Assembly: GCA_964057225.1 (NCBI GenBank)
Contig: OZ059896.1
Span: forward strand, 21,576,001-21,640,000
Direction of reading: 5' to 3'
Origin: Auanema rhodensis
Lineage: Eukaryota; Animalia; Nematoda
Length of the DNA stretch: 64,000 nucleotides
Shown: positions 12,801-26,675 of the stretch, one piece after another
Layout of the letters: every line of letters begins with the position of its first letter
Numbering within the stretch: position 1 is the stretch's first letter
Program-made: the position numbers and the translations under genes
The notes under the pieces: model-generated
Database searches by the model: none
What the model was told of the DNA's origin: nothing
Seen by the model: the letters and a program-made list of their open reading frames with translations, nothing else

Positions 12801-15800
12801 TCGATAAATTTCAAAATAATTTAGCAAAGAGTAGATGTTTTTAGATTCCTTTTTTTAAGGCAAAGACGATGGACAATGTTATTCAACGAAAAAATTAATT
12901 CTTCAGGGTGAAAATCGAGGATATAAGTGTGAACTTATATCAGTTGATATCTCGGTGCATTTTTAAGCTAGCGCAAATCCGATAACACAGATCGACGCAG
13001 CTTAAAAATCCGCATCGAATGCACTATACTACATTGAGAAACGCTTAATACAAAAATTAGTTATGATCGTTTGAAAAATGATGCATTAGTGTATGTTGAG
13101 TTTCCATGTACACTCAACATTGCTTCCAAAAACATTTTGACAAAAATTTTTTCGAAAAATTTCAAAATAATTTAGCAAAAAGTAGATGTTTTTAGATTCC
13201 TTTTTTCAAGGCAAAGACGATGGACAATGTTATTCAACGAAAAAATTAATTCTTCAGGGTGAAAATCGAGGATATAAGTGTGAACTTATATCAGTTGATA
13301 TCTCGGTGCATTTTTAAGCTAGCGCAAATCTGATAACACAGATCGACGCAGCTTAAAAATCCGCATCGAATGCACTATACCACATTGAGAAACGCTTGAT
13401 ACAAAAATTAGTTATGATCGTTTGAAAATTGATGCATTAGTGTATGTTGAGTTTCCATGTACACTCTACATTGCTTCCAAAAACATTTTGACAAAAATTT
13501 TTTCGAAAAATTTCAAAATAATTTAGCAAAAAGTAGATCTTTTTAGATTCCTTTTTTCAAGGCAAAGACGATGGACAATGTTATTCAACGAAAAAATTAA
13601 TTCTTCAGGGTGAAAATCGAGGATATAAGTGTGAACTTATATCAGTTGATATCTCGATGCATTTTTAAGCTAGCGCAAATCTGATAACACAGATCGACGC
13701 AGCTTAAAAATCCGCATCGAATGCACTATACCACATTGAGAAACGCTTAATACAAAAATTAGTTATGATCGTTTGAAAATTGATGCATTAGTGTATGTTG
13801 AGTTTCCATGTACACTCAACATTGCTTCCAAAAACATTTTGACAACAATTTTTTCGAAAAATTTCAAAATAATTTAGCAAAAAGTAGAAGTTTTTAGATT
13901 CCTTTTTTCAAGGCAAAGACGATGGACAATGTTATTCAACGAAAAAATTAATTCTTCAGGGTGAAAATCGAGGATATAAGTGTGAACTTATATCAGTTGA
14001 TATCTCGGTGCATTTTTAAGCTAGCGCAAATCTGATAACACAGATCGACGCAGCTTAAAAATCCGCATCGAATGCACTATACTACATTGAGAAACGCTTA
14101 ATACAAAAATTAGTTATGATCGTTTGAAAAATGATGCATTAGTGTATGTTGAGTTTCCATGTACACTCAACATTGCTTCCAAAAACATTTTGACAAAAAT
14201 TTTTTCGAAAAATTTCAAAATAATTTAGCAAAAAGTAGATGTTTTTAGATTCCTTTTTTCAAGGCAAAGACGATGGACAATGTTATTCAACGAAAAAATT
14301 AATTCTTCAGGGTGAAAATCGAGGATATAAGTGTGAACTTATATCAGTTGATATCTCGATGCATTTTTAAGCTAGCGCAAATCTGATAACACAGATCGAC
14401 GCAGCTTAAAAATCCGCATCGAATGCACTATACCACATTGAGAAACGCTTAATACAAAAATTAGTTATGATCGTTTGAAAATTGATGCATTAGTGTATGT
14501 TGAGTTTCCATGTACACTCAACATTGCTTCCAAAAACATTTTGACAACAATTTTTTCGAAAAATTTCAAAATAATTTAGCAAAAAGTAGAAGTTTTTAGA
14601 TTCCTTTTTTCAAGGCAAAGACGATGGACAATGTTATTCAACGAAAAAATTAATTCTTCAGGGTGAAAATCGAGGATATAAGTGTGAACTTATATCAGTT
14701 GATATCTCGATGCATTTTTAAGCTAGCGCAAATCTGATAACACAGATCGACGCAGCTTAAAAATCCGCATCGAATGCACTATACCACATTGAGAAACGCT
14801 TAATACAAAAATTAGTTATGATCGTTTGAAAATTGATGCATTAGTGTATGTTGAGTTTCCATGTACACTCAACATTGCTTCCAAAAACATTTTGACAAAA
14901 ATTTTTTCGAAAAATTTCAAAACAATTTAGCAAAAAGTAGATGTTTATAGATTCCTTTTTTGAAGGCAAAGACGATGGACAATGTTATTCAACGAAAAAA
15001 TTAATTCTTCAGGGTGAAAATCGAGGATATAAGTGTGCACTTATATCAGTTGATATCTTGGTGCATTTTTAAGCTAGCGCAAATCTGATAACACAGATCG
15101 ACGCAGCTTAAAAATCCGCATCGAATGCACTATACTACATTGAGAAACGCTTAATACAAAAGTTAGTTATGATCGTTTGAAAAATGATGCCTTAGTGTAT
15201 GTTGAGTTTCCATGTACACTCAACATTGCTTCCAAAAACATTTTGACAAAAATTTTTTCGATAAATTTCAAAATAGTTTAGCAAAGAGTAGATGTTTTTA
15301 GATTCCTTTTTTTAAGGCAAAGACGATGGACAATGTTATTCAACGAAAAAATTAATTCTTCAGGGTGAAAATCGAGGATATAAGTGTGAACTTATATCAG
15401 TTGATATCTCGGTGCATTTTTAAGCTAGCGCAAATCTGATAACACAGATCGACGCAGCTTAAAAATCCGCATCGAATGCACTATACTACATTGAGAAACG
15501 CTTAATACAAAAATTAGTTATGATCGTTTGAAAAATGATGCATTAGTGTATGTTGAGTTTCCATGTACACTCAACATTGCTTCCAAAAACATTTTGACAA
15601 AAATTTTTTCGAAAAATTTCAAAATAATTTAGCAAAAAGTAGATGTTTTTAGATTCCTTTTTTCAAGGCAAAGACGATGGACAATGTTATTCAACGAAAA
15701 AATTAATTCTTCAGGGTGAAAATCGAGGATATAAGTGTGAACTTATATCAGTTGATATCTCGGTGCATTTTTAAGCTAGCGCAAATCTGATAACACAGAT

Positions 15801-16146
15801 CGACGCAGCTTAAAAATCCGCATCGAATGCACTATACCACATTGAGAAACGCTTGATACAAAAATTAGTTATGATCGTTTGAAAATTGATGCATTAGTGT
15901 ATGTTGAGTTTCCATGTACACTCTACATTGCTTCCAAAAACATTTTGACAAAAATTTTTTCGAAAAATTTCAAAATAATTTAGCAAAAAGTAGATCTTTT
16001 TAGATTCCTTTTTTCAAGGCAAAGACGATGGACAATGTTATTCAACGAAAAAATTAATTCTTCAGGGTGAAAATCGAGGATATAAGTGTGAACTTATATC
16101 AGTTGATATCTCGATGCATTTTTAAGCTAGCGCAAATCTGATAACA
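9829..16146. repeat. 7-monomer higher-order periodicity (2457 bp)
   Basis: Rare variant m241A at 10069 and 12526; rare variant m201C at 11082, 13539 and 15996. All are spaced 2457 bp. Confidence 0.8.
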
Positions 16147-17165
16147 CAGATCGACGCAGCTTAAAAATCCGCATCGAATGCACTATACCACATTGAGAAA
16201 CGCTTAATACAAAAATTAGTTATGATCGTTTGAAAATTGATGCATTAGTGTATGTTGAGTTTCCATGTACACTCAACATTGCTTCCAAAAACATTTTGAC
16301 AACAATTTTTTCGAAAAATTTCAAAATAATTTAGCAAAAAGTAGAAGTTTTTAGATTCCTTTTTTCAAGGCAAAGACGATGGACAATGTTATTCAACGAA
16401 AAAATTAATTCTTCAGGGTGAAAATCGAGGATATAAGTGTGAACTTATATCAGTTGATATCTCGATGCATTTTTAAGCTAGCGCAAATCTGATAACACAG
16501 ATCGACGCAGCTTAAAAATCCGCATCGAATGCACTATACCACATTGAGAAACGCTTAATACAAAAATTAGTTATGATCGTTTGAAAATTGATGCATTAGT
16601 GTATGTTGAGTTTCCATGTACACTCAACATTGCTTCCAAAAACATTTTGACAAAAATTTTTTCGAAAAATTTCAAAACAATTTAGCAAAAAGTAGATGTT
16701 TATAGATTCCTTTTTTGAAGGCAAAGACGATGGACAATGTTATTCAACGAAAAAATTAATTCTTCAGGGTGAAAATCGAGGATATAAGTGTGCACTTATA
16801 TCAGTTGATATCTTGGTGCATTTTTAAGCTAGCGCAAATCTGATAACACAGATCGACGCAGCTTAAAAATCCGCATCGAATGCACTATACTACATTGAGA
16901 AACGCTTAATACAAAAGTTAGTTATGATCGTTTGAAAAATGATGCCTTAGTGTATGTTGAGTTTCCATGTACACTCAACATTGCTTCCAAAAACATTTTG
17001 ACAAAAATTTTTTCGATAAATTTCAAAATAGTTTAGCAAAGAGTAGATGTTTTTAGATTCCTTTTTTTAAGGCAAAGACGATGGACAATGTTATTCAACG
17101 AAAAAATTAATTCTTCAGGGTGAAAATCGAGGATATAAGTGTGAACTTATATCAGTTGATATCTC

Positions 17166-20100
17166 GGTGCATTTTTAAGCTAGCGCAAATCTGATAACAC
17201 AGATCGACGCAGCTTAAAAATCCGCATCGAATGCACTATACTACATTGAGAAACGCTTAATACAAAAATTAGTTATGATCGTTTGAAAAATGATGCATTA
17301 GTGTATGTTGAGTTTCCATGTACACTCAACATTGCTTCCAAAAACATTTTGACAAAAATTTTTTCGAAAAATTTCAAAATAATTTAGCAAAAAGTAGATG
17401 TTTTTAGATTCCTTTTTTCAAGGCAAAGACGATGGACAATGTTATTCAACGAAAAAATTAATTCTTCAGGGTGAAAATCGAGGATATAAGTGTGAACTTA
17501 TATCAGTTGATATCTCGGTGCATTTTTAAGCTAGCGCAAATCTGATAACACAGATCGACGCAGCTTAAAAATCCGCATCGAATGCACTATACCACATTGA
17601 GAAACGCTTGATACAAAAATTAGTTATGATCGTTTGAAAATTGATGCATTAGTGTATGTTGAGTTTCCATGTACACTCTACATTGCTTCCAAAAACATTT
17701 TGACAAAAATTTTTTCGAAAAATTTCAAAATAATTTAGCAAAAAGTAGATGTTTTTAGATTCCTTTTTTCAAGGCAAAGACGATGGACAATGTTATTCAA
17801 CGAAAAAATTAATTCTTCAGGGTGAAAATCGAGGATATAAGTGTGAACTTATATCAGTTGATATCTCGATGCATTTTTAAGCTAGCGCAAATCTGATAAC
17901 ACAGATCGACGCAGCTTAAAAATCCGCATCGAATGCACTATACCACATTGAGAAACGCTTAATACAAAAATTAGTTCTGATCGTTTGAAAATTGATGCAT
18001 TAGTGTATGTTGAGTTTCCATGTACACTCAACATTGCTTCCAAAAACATTTTGACAACAATTTTTTCGAAAAATTTCAAAATAATTTAGCAAAAAGTAGA
18101 AGTTTTTAGATTCCTTTTTTCAAGGCAAAGACGATGGACAATGTTATTCAACGAAAAAATTAATTCTTCAGGGTGAAAATCGAGGATATAAGTGTGAACT
18201 TATATCAGTTGATATCTCGGTGCATTTTTAAGCTAGCGCAAATCTGATAACACAGATCGACGCAGCTTAAAAATCCGCATCGAATGCACTATACCACATT
18301 GAGAAACGCTTAATACAAAAATTAGTTATGATCGTTTGAAAATTGATGCATTAGTGTATGTTGAGTTTCCATGTACACTCTACATTGCTTCCAAAAACAT
18401 TTTGACAACAATTTTTTCGAAAAATTTCAAAATAATTTAGCAAAAAGTAGATGTTTTTAGATTCCTTTTTTCAAGGCAAAGACGATGGACAATGTTATTC
18501 AACGAAAAAATTAATTCTTCAGGGTGAAAATCGAGGATATAAGTGTGAACTTATATCAGTTGATATCTCGATGCATTTTTAAGCTAGCGCAAATATGATA
18601 ACACAGATCGACGCAGCTTAAAAATCCGCATCGAATGCACTATACCACATTGAGAAACGCTTAATACAAAAATTAGTTATGATCGTTTGAAAATTGATGC
18701 ATTAGTGTATGTTGAGTTTCCATGTACACTCAACATTGCTTCCAAAAACATTTTGACAAAAATTTTTTCGAAAAATTTCAAAACAATTTAGCAAAAAGTA
18801 GATGTTTATAGATTCCTTTTTTGAAGGCAAAGACGATGGACAATGTTATTCAACGAAAAAATTAATTCTTCAGGGTGAAAATCGAGGATATAAGTGTGCA
18901 CTTATATCAGTTGATATCTTGGTGCATTTTTAAGCTAGCGCAAATCTGATAACACAGATCGACGCAGCTTAAAAATCCGCATCGAATGCACTATACTACA
19001 TTGAGAAACGCTTAATACAAAAATTAGTTATGATCGTTTGAAAAATGATGCATTAGTGTATGTTGAGTTTCCATGTACACTCAACATTGCTTCCAAAAAC
19101 ATTTTGACAAAAATTTTTTCGAAAAATTTCAAAATAATTTAGCAAAAAGTAGATGTTTTTAGATTCCTTTTTTCAAGGCAAAGACGATGGACAATGTTAT
19201 TCAACGAAAAAATTAATTCTTCAGGGTGAAAATCGAGGATATAAGTGTGAACTTATATCAGTTGATATCTCGGTGCATTTTTAAGCTAGCGCAAATCTGA
19301 TAACACAGATCGACGCAGCTTAAAAATCCGCATCGAATGCACTATACCACATTGAGAAACGCTTGATACAAAAATTAGTTATGATCGTTTGAAAATTGAT
19401 GCATTAGTGTATGTTGAGTTTCCATGTACACTCTACATTGCTTCCAAAAACATTTTGACAAAAATTTTTTCGAAAAATTTCAAAATAATTTAGCAAAAAG
19501 TAGATGTTTTTAGATTCCTTTTTTCAAGGCAAAGACGATGGACAATGTTATTCAACGAAAAAATTAATTCTTCAGGGTGAAAATCGAGGATATAAGTGTG
19601 AACTTATATCAGTTGATATCTCGATGCATTTTTAAGCTAGCGCAAATCTGATAACACAGATCGACGCAGCTTAAAAATCCGCATCGAATGCACTATACCA
19701 CATTGAGAAACGCTTAATACAAAAATTAGTTCTGATCGTTTGAAAATTGATGCATTAGTGTATGTTGAGTTTCCATGTACACTCAACATTGCTTCCAAAA
19801 ACATTTTGACAACAATTTTTTCGAAAAATTTCAAAATAATTTAGCAAAAAGTAGAAGTTTTTAGATTCCTTTTTTCAAGGCAAAGACGATGGACAATGTT
19901 ATTCAACGAAAAAATTAATTCTTCAGGGTGAAAATCGAGGATATAAGTGTGAACTTATATCAGTTGATATCTCGGTGCATTTTTAAGCTAGCGCAAATCT
20001 GATAACACAGATCGACGCAGCTTAAAAATCCGCATCGAATGCACTATACCACATTGAGAAACGCTTAATACAAAAATTAGTTATGATCGTTTGAAAATTG

Positions 20101-21486
20101 ATGCATTAGTGTATGTTGAGTTTCCATGTACACTCTACATTGCTTCCAAAAACATTTTGACAACAATTTTTTCGAAAAATTTCAAAATAATTTAGCAAAA
20201 AGTAGATGTTTTTAGATTCCTTTTTTCAAGGCAAAGACGATGGACAATGTTATTCAACGAAAAAATTAATTCTTCAGGGTGAAAATCGAGGATATAAGTG
20301 TGAACTTATATCAGTTGATATCTCGATGCATTTTTAAGCTAGCGCAAATATGATAACACAGATCGACGCAGCTTAAAAATCCGCATCGAATGCACTATAC
20401 CACATTGAGAAACGCTTAATACAAAAATTAGTTATGATCGTTTGAAAATTGATGCATTAGTGTATGTTGAGTTTCCATGTACACTCAACATTGCTTCCAA
20501 AAACATTTTGACAAAAATTTTTTCGAAAAATTTCAAAACAATTTAGCAAAAAGTAGATGTTTATAGATTCCTTTTTTGAAGGCAAAGACGATGGACAATG
20601 TTATTCAACGAAAAAATTAATTCTTCAGGGTGAAAATCGAGGATATAAGTGTGCACTTATATCAGTTGATATCTTGGTGCATTTTTAAGCTAGCGCAAAT
20701 CTGATAACACAGATCGACGCAGCTTAAAAATCCGCATCGAATGCACTATACTACATTGAGAAACGCTTAATACAAAAATTAGTTATGATCGTTTGAAAAA
20801 TGATGCATTAGTGTATGTTGAGTTTCCATGTACACTCAACATTGCTTCCAAAAACATTTTGACAAAAATTTTTTCGAAAAATTTCAAAATAATTTAGCAA
20901 AAAGTAGATGTTTTTAGATTCCTTTTTTCAAGGCAAAGACGATGGACAATGTTATTCAACGAAAAAATTAATTCTTCAGGGTGAAAATCGAGGATATAAG
21001 TGTGAACTTATATCAGTTGATATCTCGGTGCATTTTTAAGCTAGCGCAAATCTGATAACACAGATCGACGCAGCTTAAAAATCCGCATCGAATGCACTAT
21101 ACCACATTGAGAAACGCTTGATACAAAAATTAGTTATGATCGTTTGAAAATTGATGCATTAGTGTATGTTGAGTTTCCATGTACACTCTACATTGCTTCC
21201 AAAAACATTTTGACAAAAATTTTTTCGAAAAATTTCAAAATAATTTAGCAAAAAGTAGATGTTTTTAGATTCCTTTTTTCAAGGCAAAGACGATGGACAA
21301 TGTTATTCAACGAAAAAATTAATTCTTCAGGGTGAAAATCGAGGATATAAGTGTGAACTTATATCAGTTGATATCTCGATGCATTTTTAAGCTAGCGCAA
21401 ATCTGATAACACAGATCGACGCAGCTTAAAAATCCGCATCGAATGCACTATACCACATTGAGAAACGCTTAATACAAAAATTAGTT
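17166..21486. repeat. Recent 5-monomer (1755-bp) tandem duplication
   Basis: Private variant m76C at 17977 and 19732; same order of monomer types in 17200-18954 and 18955-20709; identical ORF translations 1755 bp apart. Confidence 0.88.
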
Positions 21487-24400
21487 ATGATCGTTTGAAA
21501 ATTGATGCATTAGTGTATGTTGAGTTTCCATGTACACTCAACATTGCTTCCAAAAACATTTTGACAACAATTTTTTCGAAAAATTTCAAAATAATTTAGC
21601 AAAAAGTAGAAGTTTTTAGATTCCTTTTTTCAAGGCAAAGACGATGGACAATGTTATTCAACGAAAAAATTAATTCTTCAGGGTGAAAATCGAGGATATA
21701 AGTGTGAACTTATATCAGTTGATATCTCGGTGCATTTTTAAGCTAGCGCAAATCTGATAACACAGATCGACGCAGCTTAAAAATCCGCATCGAATGCACT
21801 ATACCACATTGAGAAACGCTTAATACAAAAATTAGTTATGATCGTTTGAAAATTGATGCATTAGTGTATGTTGAGTTTCCATGTACACTCTACATTGCTT
21901 CCAAAAACATTTTGACAAAAATTTTTTCGAAAAATTTCAAAATAATTTAGCAAAAAGTAGATGTTTTTAGATTCCTTTTTTCAAGGCAAAGACGATGGAC
22001 AATGTTATTCAACGAAAAAATTAATTCTTCAGGGTGAAAATCGAGGATATAAGTGTGAACTTATATCAGTTGATATCTCGATGCATTTTTAAGCTAGCGC
22101 AAATATGATAACACAGATCGACGCAGCTTAAAAATCCGCATCGAATGCACTATACCACATTGAGAAACGCTTAATACAAAAATTAGTTATGATCGTTTGA
22201 AAATTGATGCATTAGTGTATGTTGAGTTTCCATGTACACTCAACATTGCTTCCAAAAACATTTTGACAAAAATTTTTTCGAAAAATTTCAAAACAATTTA
22301 GCAAAAAGTAGATGTTTATAGATTCCTTTTTTGAAGGCAAAGACGATGGACAATGTTATTCAACGAAAAAATTAATTCTTCAGGGTGAAAATCGAGGATA
22401 TAAGTGTGCACTTATATCAGTTGATATCTTGGTGCATTTTTAAGCTAGCGCAAATCTGATAACACAGATCGACGCAGCTTAAAAATCCGCATCGAATGCA
22501 CTATACTACATTGAGAAACGCTTAATACAAAAGTTAGTTATGATCGTTTGAAAAATGATGCCTTAGTGTATGTTGAGTTTCCATGTACACTCAACATTGC
22601 TTCCAAAAACATTTTGACAAAAATTTTTTCGATAAATTTCAAAATAATTTAGCAAAGAGTAGATGTTTTTAGATTCCTTTTTTTAAGGCAAAGACGATGG
22701 ACAATGTTATTCAACGAAAAAATTAATTCTTCAGGGTGAAAATCGAGGATATAAGTGTGAACTTATATCAGTTGATATCTCGGTGCATTTTTAAGCTAGC
22801 GCAAATCTGATAACACAGATCGACGCAGCTTAAAAATCCGCATCGAATGCACTATACTACATTGAGAAACGCTTAATACAAAAATTAGTTATGATCGTTT
22901 GAAAAATGATGCATTAGTGTATGTTGAGTTTCCATGTACACTCAACATTGCTTCCAAAAACATTTTGACAAATTTTTTTCGAAAAATTTCAAAATAATTT
23001 AGCAAAAAGTAGATGTTTTTAGATTCCTTTTTTCAAGGCAAAGACGATGGACAATGTTATTCAACGAAAAAATTAATTCTTCAGGGTGAAAATCGAGGAT
23101 ATAAGTGTGAACTTATATCAGTTGATATCTCGGTGCATTTTTAAGCTAGCGCAAATCTGATAACACAGATCGACGCAGCTTAAAAATCCGCATCGAATGC
23201 ACTATACCACATTGAGAAACGCTTGATACAAAAATTAGTTATGATCGTTTGAAAATTGATGCATTAGTGTATGTTGAGTTTCCATGTACACTCTACATTG
23301 CTTCCAAAAACATTTTGACAAAAATTTTTTCGAAAAATTTCAAAATAATTTAGCAAAAAGTAGATGTTTTTAGATTCCTTTTTTCAAGGCAAAGACGATG
23401 GACAATGTTATTCAACGAAAAAATTAATTCTTCAGGGTGAAAATCGAGGATATAAGTGTGAACTTATATCAGTTGATATCTCGATGCATTTTTAAGCTAG
23501 CGCAAATCTGATAACACAGATCGACGCAGCTTAAAAATCCGCATCGAATGCACTATACCACATTGAGAAACGCTTAATACAAAAATTAGTTATGATCGTT
23601 TGAAAATTGATGCATTAGTGTATGTTGAGTTTCCATGTACACTCAACATTGCTTCCAAAAACATTTTGACAACAATTTTTTCGAAAAATTTCAAAATAAT
23701 TTAGCAAAAAGTAGAAGTTTTTAGATTCCTTTTTTCAAGGCAAAGACGATGGACAATGTTATTCAACGAAAAAATTAATTCTTCAGGGTGAAAATCGAGG
23801 ATATAAGTGTGAACTTATATCAGTTGATATCTCGGTGCATTTTTAAGCTAGCGCAAATCTGATAACACAGATCGACGCAGCTTAAAAATCCGCATCGAAT
23901 GCACTATACCACATTGAGAAACGCTTAATACAAAAATTAGTTATGATCGTTTGAAAATTGATGCATTAGTGTATGTTGAGTTTCCATGTACACTCTACAT
24001 TGCTTCCAAAAACATTTTGACAACAATTTTTTCGAAAAATTTCAAAATAATTTAGCAAAAAGTAGAAGTTTTTAGATTCCTTTTTTCAAGGCAAAGACGA
24101 TGGACAATGTTATTCAACGAAAAAATTAATTCTTCAGGGTGAAAATCGAGGATATAAGTGTGAACTTATATCAGTTGATATCTCGATGCATTTTTAAGCT
24201 AGCGCAAATATGGTAACACAGATCGACGCAGCTTAAAAATCCGCATCGAATGCACTATACCACATTGAGAAACGCTTAATACAAAAATTAGTTATGATCG
24301 TTTGAAAATTGATGCATTAGTGTATGTTGAGTTTCCATGTACACTCAACATTGCTTCCAAAAACATTTTGACAAAAATTTTTTCGAAAAATTTCAAAACA

Positions 24401-26675
24401 ATTTAGCAAAAAGTAGATGTTTATAGATTCCTTTTTTGAAGGCAAAGACGATGGACAATGTTATTCAACGAAAAAATTAATTCTTCAGGGTGAAAATCGA
24501 GGATATAAGTGTGAACTTATATCAGTTGATATCTCGATGCATTTTTAAGCTAGCGCAAATCTGATAACACAGATCGACGCAGCTTAAAAATCCGCATCGA
24601 ATGCACTATACCACATTGAGAAACGCTTAATACAAAAATTAGTTATGATCGTTTGAAAATTGATGCATTAGTGTATGTTGAGTTTCCATGTACACTCAAC
24701 ATTGCTTCCAAAAACATTTTGACAACAATTTTTTCGAAAAATTTCAAAATAATTTAGCAAAAAGTAGATGTTTTTAGATTCCTTTTTTCAAGGCAAAGAC
24801 GATGGACAATGTTATTCAACGAAAAAATTAATTCCTCAGGGTGAAAATCGAGGATATAAGTGTGAACTTATATCAGTTGATATCTCGGTGCATTTTTAAG
24901 CTAGCGCAAATCTGATAACACAGATCGACGCAGCTTGAAAATCCGCATCGAATGCACTATACTACATTGAGAAACGCTTAATACAAAAATTAGTTATGAT
25001 CGTTTGAAAAATGATGCATTAGTGTATGTTGAGTTTCCATGTACACTCAACATTGCTTCCAAAAACATTTTGACAAAAATTTTTTCAAAAAATTTCAAAA
25101 TAATTTAGCAAAAAGTAGATGTTTTTAGATTCCTTTTTTCAAGGCAAAGACGATGGACAATGTTATTCAACGAAAAAATTAATTCTTCAGGGTGAAAATC
25201 GAGGATATAAGTGTGAACTTATATCAGTTGATATCTCGGTGCATTTTTAAGCTAGCGCAAATCTGATAACACAGATCGACGCAGCTTAAAAATCCGCATC
25301 GAATGCACTATACCACATTGAGAAACGCTTGATACAAAAATTAGTTATGATCGTTTGAAAATTGATGCATTAGTGTATGTTGAGTTTCCATGTACACTCT
25401 ACATTGCTTCCAAAAACATTTTGACAAAAATTTTTTCGAAAAATTTCAAAATAATTTAGCAAAAAGTAGATGTTTTTAGATTCCTTTTTTCAAGGCAAAG
25501 ACGATGGACAATGTTATTCAACGAAAAAATTAATTCTTCAGGGTGAAAATCGAGGATATAAGTGTCAACTTATATCAGTTGATATCTCGGTGCATTTTTA
25601 AGCTAGCGCAAATCTGATAACACAGATCGACGCAGCTTAAAAATCCGCATCGAATGCACTATACCACATTGAGAAACGCTTGATACAAAAATTAGTTATG
25701 ATCGTTTGAAAATTGATGCATTAGTGTATGTTGAGTTTCCATGTACACTCTACATTGCTTCCAAAAACATTTTGACAAAAATTTTTTCGAAAAATTTCAA
25801 AATAATTTAGCAAAAAGTAGATGTTTTTAGATTCCTTTTTTCAAGGCAAAGACGATGGACAATGTTATTCAACGAAAAAATTAATTCTTCAGGGTGAAAA
25901 TCGAGGATATAAGTGTGAACTTATATCAGTTGATATCTCGATGCATTTTTAAGCTAGCGCAAATCTGATAACACAGATCGACGCAGCTTAAAAATCCGCA
26001 TCGAATGCACTATACCACATTGAGAAACGTTTAATACAAAAATTAGTTATGATCGTTTGAAAATTGATGCATTAGTGTATGTTGAGTTTCCATGTACACT
26101 CAACATTGCTTCCAAAAACATTTTGACAACAATTTTTTCGAAAAATTTCAAAATAATTTAGCAAAAAGTAGAAGTTTTTAGATTCCTTTTTTCAAGGCAA
26201 AGACGATGGACAATGTTATTCAACGAAAAAATTAATTCTTCAGGGTGAAAATCGAGGATATAAGTGTGAACTTATATCAGTTGATATCTCGGTGCATTTT
26301 TAAGCTAGCGCAAATCTGATAACACAGATCGACGCAGCTTAAAAATCCGCATCGAATGCACTATACCACATTGAGAAACGCTTAATACAAAAATTAGTTA
26401 TGATCGTTTGAAAATTGATGCATTAGTGTATGTTGAGTTTCCATGTACACTCTACATTGCTTCCAAAAACATTTTGACAAAAATTTTTTCGAAAAATTTC
26501 AAAATAATTTAGCAAAAAGTAGATGTTTTTAGATTCCTTTTTTCAAGGCAAAGACGATGGACAATGTTATTCAACGAAAAAATTAATTCTTCAGGGTGAA
26601 AATCGAGGATATAAGTGTGAACTTATATCAGTTGATATCTCGATGCATTTTTAAGCTAGCGCAAATATGGTAACA

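Noticed and set aside
17882-18079. 65-aa minus-strand ORF as a real CDS
   Set aside because: It lies within satellite monomers, starts at TTG, has no recognisable motif, and exists only because of one SNP; the frame has a TAA in the other ~180 copies.
19637-19834. Second identical 65-aa ORF
   Set aside because: It is a copy of the first through the 1755-bp duplication and is not independent evidence of coding.
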